Source: a virus
Taxonomy: Duplodnaviria > Heunggongvirae > Uroviricota > Caudoviricetes
DNA: 41,648 nucleotides
IMG/VR virus record: IMGVR_UViG_2609459832_000005
Direction: 5' to 3' (one strand)
Position 1 is the first letter of the stretch; each line of letters begins with the position of its first letter. Shown here one piece after another: positions 36,605-41,648 of this stretch. A program made the position numbers and the translations under genes. Under the pieces are notes generated by a model, which had not been told where the DNA came from, did no database searches, and worked only from the letters and a program-made list of their open reading frames with translations.

Positions 36605-37228
36605 TTATCCTAAATAATAATGCCTCTGAGAATAAAGTGTTCTAGCATTAAGATTATCATAATATCTCTGTATTGTCTGTGGATATAATCTCTTGAAATG
36701 TTCAGCAGATTCTTTGTTAGGGTGAAAAGTGCTTATAATATATGAGGGAGGAATTTTTTCAAATACCAGTATTTCAGCTTGAACATCCGTCGTATACTCA
36801 CTTGGAAGGTTTACATCTCTCTGAATCCCAAAAACATTCTCTGAAAACAAAGCACTAAATGCCTCAGCTCCTTTCATCAAATCAAGATTTATAAAACGAA
36901 CGTTATTCGAAGCTGCGTTGGTAGGATAAAAAGCGCAATCCTTAGCCCAAAGAACAGATGGATTGATTTCTAATATAACCCAGTCCCCAGGCTTTAAACA
37001 TCTATATTTATAAAACATTTTTGCATTAGGGTAACTTACGGACAAACAAATCGCATCTGGATGACCATCAATCCTTTCTTCATCATTACAATTATATTCA
37101 TTATTTTCATTATCAAGTTCTGAACGAGACATAAGGCCATTATCTAAAATGGAAGTTAGATTATCGCTATGTGTAAAATGAAACAAGCTACGAATATTAC
37201 GTTGCTGAATTATTTCCTGTATTGTCAT
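36605..37228 (-). CDS. DarT-like ADP-ribosyltransferase (DUF4433 family) candidate toxin
   Basis: 207 aa; N-terminal signature FHFTHSDNLTSILDNGL (DarT hallmark [YF]H.TH.DNL..IL..G.L) and C-terminal QAEILVF resembling the catalytic-Glu motif (AEFLV) of DarT, both as I recall them. Confidence 0.6.
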   Translation of the reverse strand: MTIQEIIQQRNIRSLFHFTHSDNLTSILDNGLMSRSELDNENNEYNCNDEERIDGHPDAICLSVSYPNAKMFYKYRCLKPGDWVILEINPSVLWAKDCAFYPTNAASNNVRFINLDLMKGAEAFSALFSENVFGIQRDVNLPSEYTTDVQAEILVFEKIPPSYIISTFHPNKESAEHFKRLYPQTIQRYYDNLNARTLYSQRHYYLG

Positions 37229-37253
37229 AAAACATCCATTTACTTCATGTAAA

Positions 37254-37300
37254 TATATGTTTTATATATAACATATACCTCAAGTATCCACAAAGGATAC
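37254..37300. promoter_or_regulatory. Two inverted repeats upstream of the DarT-like operon (candidate operators/promoter)
   Basis: TATATGTT-ttatatat-AACATATA (37254-37277) and GTATCC-acaaa-GGATAC (37284-37300), 26-72 bp upstream of the DarT-like start codon. Confidence 0.35.
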
Positions 37301-37356
37301 GCATGTGATCTACTTCAAATAAAAGCTATAAATTACAGTTATTTACCATTAATAGA

Positions 37357-37386
37357 ACGCGGGTTCAACTCCCGCCAGCTCCACCA
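37357..37386 (+). other. Attachment-site core: copy of the 3'-terminal 30 nt of ssrA (tmRNA), not a complete gene
   Basis: ACGCGGGTTCAACTCCCGCCAGCTCCACCA equals the tmRNA acceptor/T-arm 3' end; upstream sequence does not continue as tmRNA. Confidence 0.65.
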
Positions 37387-37433
37387 AAATTCTCCATCGG
37401 TGATTACCAGAGTCATCCGATGAAGTCCTAAGA

Positions 37434-37465
37434 GCCCGCACGGCGCAAGCCCTGCGGGCTTTTTT
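37434..37465 (+). terminator. Rho-independent terminator (native ssrA terminator)
   Basis: Stem GCCCGCA / TGCGGGC with 12-nt loop followed by T6. Confidence 0.55.
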
Positions 37466-37519
37466 GTGCCCTCAATTTGTCCCGCGAAGTCCGAAGAAAA
37501 CTAATTAAATCCGATCCTT

Positions 37520-37573
37520 TTAGGCACCTTGTTAGGCACCTCATAAAGCTTTATTGTTTTTTGAGGTGCCTAA
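37520..37573. promoter_or_regulatory. Repeated TTAGGCACC motifs upstream of the P4-type integrase gene
   Basis: Direct repeats TTAGGCACCT at 37520-37529 and 37532-37541 plus inverted copy AGGTGCCTAA at 37564-37573, 20-70 bp upstream of the integrase start. Confidence 0.35.
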
Positions 37574-37591
37574 AACTATGGAAACCCGGCA

Positions 37592-38833
37592 ATGGCAAGA
37601 CAAACCAAACCTCTATCCGTTAAAGAAATAGAATCAGCCAAACCCAAGGAGGCGGACTACGTTCTCTATGATGGCGATGGCCTTGAGCTACTCATTAAAT
37701 CCAGCGGGAGTAAAATCTGGCAGTTTCGCTACATTCGCCCTGTCACCAAGAAACGAGCAAAGAAGAGCATAGGCTCCTACCCGTCAGTTACCCTTGCCGA
37801 TGCCAGAAACTACCGTGCAGAGTCCCGCTCACTACTGGCTAAACAGATCGATCCGCAGGAACATCAGCAAGAACAATTGCGCAGTTCGCTGGAAGCCAAA
37901 ACCAACACTTTCCAACTCGTAGCTGAACGTTGGTGGAATGTGAAGAAAGCCAGTGTGACAGAGGACTATGCGGAAGATATCTGGCGCTCTCTTGAAAGAG
38001 ACGTCTTTCCTGCGATTGGCGACGTTAGCGTTACAGATATTAAAGCTCATACACTGGTTCAGGCCGTACAACCGGTTCAGGCCAGAGGAGCACTGGAAAC
38101 TGTTCGTCGCCTGTGCCAACGTATTAATGAGGTCATGATCTATGCCCAGAACACAGGGCTGATTGATGCTGTTCCCAGCGTTAATATCGGTAAAGCCTTC
38201 GAGAAGCCTCAGAAAAAGAACATGCCCAGCATTCGACCGGATCAGCTACCTCAGTTAATGCAGACGATGCGAACAGCCAGCATTAGCCTTTCCACACGCT
38301 GCCTGTTCATGTGGCAACTTCTTACTATTACCCGCCCTGCCGAAGCGGCTGAAGCTCTCTGGGAAGAGGTAGACATAGAAGCGCGAGAGTGGAAGATTCC
38401 TGCAGCACGCATGAAAATGAACCGCGACCATACTGTTCCATTGTCAGATGAAGCAATTGCGATACTAGAGATGATGAAGCCGTTAAGTGGAAATCGAGAA
38501 TTTATCTTTCCCAGCCGCATCAAGCCAAACCAGCCGATGAACAGTCAGACCGTAAACGCATCGCTAAAACGCGCAGGTTTTGGTGGGGTGCTCGTTTCAC
38601 ACGGCCTGCGATCTATCGCCAGTACAGCCCTTAATGAGCAGGGATTTCCACCTGATGTTATTGAGGCTGCACTTGCTCATGTGGATAAGAATGAGGTTCG
38701 TCGTGCGTATAACCGTAGTGATTATCTTGAGCAGCGACGGCCTATGATGCAGTGGTGGGCTGATTTTGTGATGGCTGCAGATCACGGTAGTATGATTGAA
38801 GGAGGGATAAAGGCAATGCGGTTAGTTGGATGA
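37592..38833 (+). CDS. intA: P4-family tyrosine integrase (IntA-like, ssrA-associated)
   Basis: 413 aa; N-terminal KPLSVKEIESAKPKEADYVLYDGDGLELLIKSSGSKIWQFRY typical of P4-type integrases; C-terminal R..H..R..Y catalytic pattern; immediately downstream of the ssrA 3' end copy as in E. coli CP4-57. Confidence 0.9.
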   Translation: MARQTKPLSVKEIESAKPKEADYVLYDGDGLELLIKSSGSKIWQFRYIRPVTKKRAKKSIGSYPSVTLADARNYRAESRSLLAKQIDPQEHQQEQLRSSLEAKTNTFQLVAERWWNVKKASVTEDYAEDIWRSLERDVFPAIGDVSVTDIKAHTLVQAVQPVQARGALETVRRLCQRINEVMIYAQNTGLIDAVPSVNIGKAFEKPQKKNMPSIRPDQLPQLMQTMRTASISLSTRCLFMWQLLTITRPAEAAEALWEEVDIEAREWKIPAARMKMNRDHTVPLSDEAIAILEMMKPLSGNREFIFPSRIKPNQPMNSQTVNASLKRAGFGGVLVSHGLRSIASTALNEQGFPPDVIEAALAHVDKNEVRRAYNRSDYLEQRRPMMQWWADFVMAADHGSMIEGGIKAMRLVG

Positions 38834-38916
38834 CATGTCGTAGCTAAAACCCGTTCTGTTTTTGGGTAGATTAACCTGAAGGTCTGCAATTTTAAATGAC
38901 GCTGAAAGAAGTTAAA

Positions 38917-38940
38917 CCCTGCTCTTAAGCAGGGTTTTTA
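38917..38940 (+). terminator. Rho-independent terminator after the P4-type integrase
   Basis: Stem CCCTGCT / AGCAGGG with CTTA loop followed by TTTTTA. Confidence 0.6.
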
Positions 38941-38971
38941 TGATTTATTCTAATTTTGGTTTTGAATCTTT

Positions 38972-41259
38972 CTATTTTAAATCAGCCTTTGCGGCTCGAA
39001 TATCTGCGTTTTTTGCTGAGTATTCCCATTCGTCAGCGATTCTAAATAGCATTGCAGAAGTACGGACGCAGTGGGGCATTGAATTTGCCCATTCTCGGTA
39101 CTGCTCAGCTAATATCCTTTCTTGGTTTCCACCTTCGTAACGCATACGAGCAAATACCCCCCTTTTATTGTACCTACCAATTTGTATACCTTGCTCTAAC
39201 TCATCAGAAGATAATATTTCAATGATGTGCCGAATTGCTTCATGTGGCCAGGAATTATCTACTGAGCTATTAGGGGCATGTGCCAGAATTTTTCCTATTA
39301 CATGATCAGTGATTTCTTGGCGATGATGCAATTTTGCTAAATGGCGTACATTCTCACACCAATCTTCAAGTTTATCTTGATCAATTTCATTGTCTATCTG
39401 CCCTGGTAGTATTCGTAATTTTTCAAGTAATCTGTATATAGAAGTAGCTCTTTTAACTTCCAACTCCGATGGTTCTGTTTGTTCATCTTCGTCACTACGA
39501 TATACAATACATATTGCTTCTATAAAAACCTCTGGCTTTTTCATCATTAGACGATGCAGGATAAGTGGCTCATCGCTATCCGGAAAACAAGGCAAGTAGG
39601 TCATTTCTTTAAATGCCAAATCTGTTTCAGAAACATCGTTACGTTGTTTGAGTTCATCAAAAACTTTTTTTACATAGTACGATAGCATTGTATCAAATTG
39701 GATATCCTGGCTATTTATTTCTTTAACGACTATATCTAGAAGATATAAAAGTGTTGTAGATGGAATCTCAGAAAGGCGTTGATTTGCTGATATAATAGCA
39801 GCAAGACCCCGGCCCCTTTCTATATATTTATCCATAAGAACAAATAAATCCGAAGTTTTACCCATCATTGCAATGGGTTGTTTTTGCAACCAATATTTTT
39901 CGTTGATGTTATCTTCAAACCCTTCAATAATGCTCCATATCTCTTGTGAGTCTCTTAACGATGCTAAGATTTTCCCAGCCCTATCAGGGGTAATTTTAAA
40001 CTGTTTAAAATACACTTTTATTTTATTAAGCCATTCAGCACCAAAGCATTCAACACCATATTGCATTAACAACCCACAAACTTCATCAATATTTTTTTTG
40101 TTGTTAATAAGCATTACAAACAAATCATTTAATTTTTCTTCATCCAACGAGAGTGCTGATATATGCCTTGCTGCAATAAAAACATTATTAACTTGTTGAA
40201 AAAGGTCTTTCACCCCAGACAAACCTAAAGTAAAGTATATTTCCCTAAGTTTTTCACTTCGCATTTCTTCGACAGAAGAAAAAATTCCGCCAGCATTTTC
40301 AATTGACTCTTCAATATCAGAATCCCAATCATTGAAAATCCATAAACTGGCTCTAACCATGTCAATTGGTTTATAATTATCAAGTATTTTCGCTATTTTT
40401 TCCATAGACTCAAATTTAAATGCCCAGTTCGCATCTGAATATTTTTTATGGCGAGAATACTCATGACGCAAAGCCTCCCATACGATGAACTGATCCTCTT
40501 CAGTTTGTTGAGAAAGGCAAAGTTCAAGATGAGAAAGTGTTTCATCTATTGCATTCTCAGGGAATGAGCTTAAATGAGAGATTAGGATTTCCCATCTTGT
40601 TAGGAGTATACCTGCAAGTTTAATTGCTTCTTGGATAATAAAGATTTGCCCCTCCCAAACAACGCCCCACGTTAGTTTTTCTACATCTTTATCCGACTCT
40701 CTGAACTTCATTTTTTGGTTTTGATCAGAGGTATCATGGGAGCGAGGAAGGAGATTTTGTAACAAACTCCACCCAATACTAGGAACAATAGTGATAATTT
40801 TTTTTATAATTGCATTTCTAACTTTTACTGGTGCCCATGTATTAGGAGACCATGCCAGAAAAATGGTTCTTAAACTATTAAGAGGGCGATCTGAGTAAGT
40901 TCCTCCGGGATCTATTACAGCGAGTTTTGCAAGACAGATTGCAGCGCGTAATAGATATGTTTGTTCCCAAGCCAAGGCTTCCAATGCCCATTTTAATCCA
41001 TGATAATGACTTCGAGGAGTTAACAGCCCTTTATCTTCATTGAATATTGGAGCAATCATTTCCCCATTGCCCTTAAGCAATTGCTCAAGGGCATCAAGGA
41101 AAGGGCCAGGGGCAGCTTCTGCCAGCAGCGGAAGTTGATCTCGCAAACTAACAAATAGTCGATGGTCGTTAGCAAGTCCCGGAATACTCTGAACTATTTT
41201 GTTAACAAAATCTTGGGGTGTCATACCAGTAACCCGGAATTCGGCCTGTTCATGTAATA
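38972..41259 (-). CDS. Large AT-rich orphan protein (>=750 aa, helical-repeat-like), 5' end abutting IS3
   Basis: 767-aa track ORF whose first ~5 codons are read from the IS3 terminal repeat; first native ATG at 41222-41224 (MTPQDFVNKIV..) lies 35 bp from the IS3 end; no P-loop or nuclease motif recognised. Confidence 0.6.
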
Positions 41260-41648
41260 TGATCTTACCCAGCAATAGTGGACACGCGGCTAAGTGAGTA
41301 AACTCTCAGTCAGAGGTGACTCACATGACAAAAACAGTATCAACCAGTAAAAAACCCCGTAAACAGCATTCGCCTGAATTTCGCAGTGAAGCCCTGAAGC
41401 TTGCTGAACGCATCGGTGTTACTGCCGCAGCCCGTGAACTCAGCCTGTATGAATCACAGCTCTACAACTGGCGCAGTAAACAGCAAAATCAGCAGACGTC
41501 TTCTGAACGTGAACTGGAGATGTCTACCGAGATTGCACGTCTCAAACGCCAGCTGGCAGAACGGGATGAAGAGCTGGCTATCCTCCAAAAGGCCGCGACA
41601 TACTTCGCGAAGCGCCTGAAATGAAGTATGTCTTTATTGAAAAACATC
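41260..41648 (+). mobile_element. IS3 (left end, partial; continues beyond the window)
   Basis: Terminal sequence TGATCTTACCCAGCAATAGTGGACACGCGG.. followed by the IS3 orfA matches my recollection of IS3; orfB start (ATGAAGTATGTC..) overlaps the orfA stop at 41633. Confidence 0.8.
41316..41624 (+). CDS. IS3 transposase OrfA (HTH subunit)
   Basis: 102-aa ORF (track) with HTH and leucine-zipper-like C-terminus (EIARLKRQLAERDEELAILQKA), typical IS3-family OrfA. Confidence 0.85.
   Translation: MTHMTKTVSTSKKPRKQHSPEFRSEALKLAERIGVTAAARELSLYESQLYNWRSKQQNQQTSSERELEMSTEIARLKRQLAERDEELAILQKAATYFAKRLK

Noticed and set aside
37321-37386. Complete tmRNA (ssrA) gene
   Set aside because: Only the last ~30 nt match tmRNA; the upstream sequence (..tttaccattaataga) does not continue as tmRNA, so this is an attachment-site copy, not a gene.
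39990-40010. Walker A / P-loop in the 767-aa protein (IAMMGKTS)
   Set aside because: Spacing is A-x-x-G-K-T, not the [AG]-x4-G-K-[ST] pattern; no accompanying Walker B; not called as an NTPase.
1-41648. CRISPR array or cas genes
   Set aside because: No regularly spaced direct repeats with unique spacers seen; the only tandem repeats (28327-28433) are inside a coding linker and look like iterons.

Overview
The window is almost entirely a lambda-like (lambdoid) prophage of an E. coli-type genome, read here in reverse orientation, followed by the start of a second integrative island and a partial IS3. Every call below is from reading the sequence and from recalled family signatures; no database search was run. 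Left to right: lom and a complete lambda-like tail module (J, I, K, L, M, H, G/T, V, U, Z) on the minus strand; head and packaging genes (protease-capsid fusion, portal, a W-like gene with an in-frame stop, terminase large and small subunits); a cos-like site; a phage 21-type lysis cassette (pinholin S, SAR endolysin R, Rz with embedded Rz1); a beta-class DNA amino-methyltransferase; the Q antiterminator and nin-type genes (DUF968, KilA-N, RusA, LexA-N-domain-only protein, PerC-like, O-like initiator with internal iterons); the cro / cI immunity switch; a plus-strand early-left operon (DicF-like sRNA candidate, yfdP/Q/R/S-like genes, xis, int). Three AT-rich cargo loci stand out as candidate novel systems: (1) a plus-strand two-gene cassette (310-aa soluble protein plus 150-aa multi-TM protein) inserted next to Q; (2) a minus-strand two-gene operon between int and the attachment site, encoding a DarT-like (DUF4433) protein and an unrecognised 229-aa partner; (3) a 767-aa orphan protein beside a P4-type integrase, abutted by IS3. 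A 30-nt copy of the ssrA (tmRNA) 3' end at 37357-37386 marks the junction between the lambdoid prophage and the P4-type island, indicating tandem integration at ssrA.
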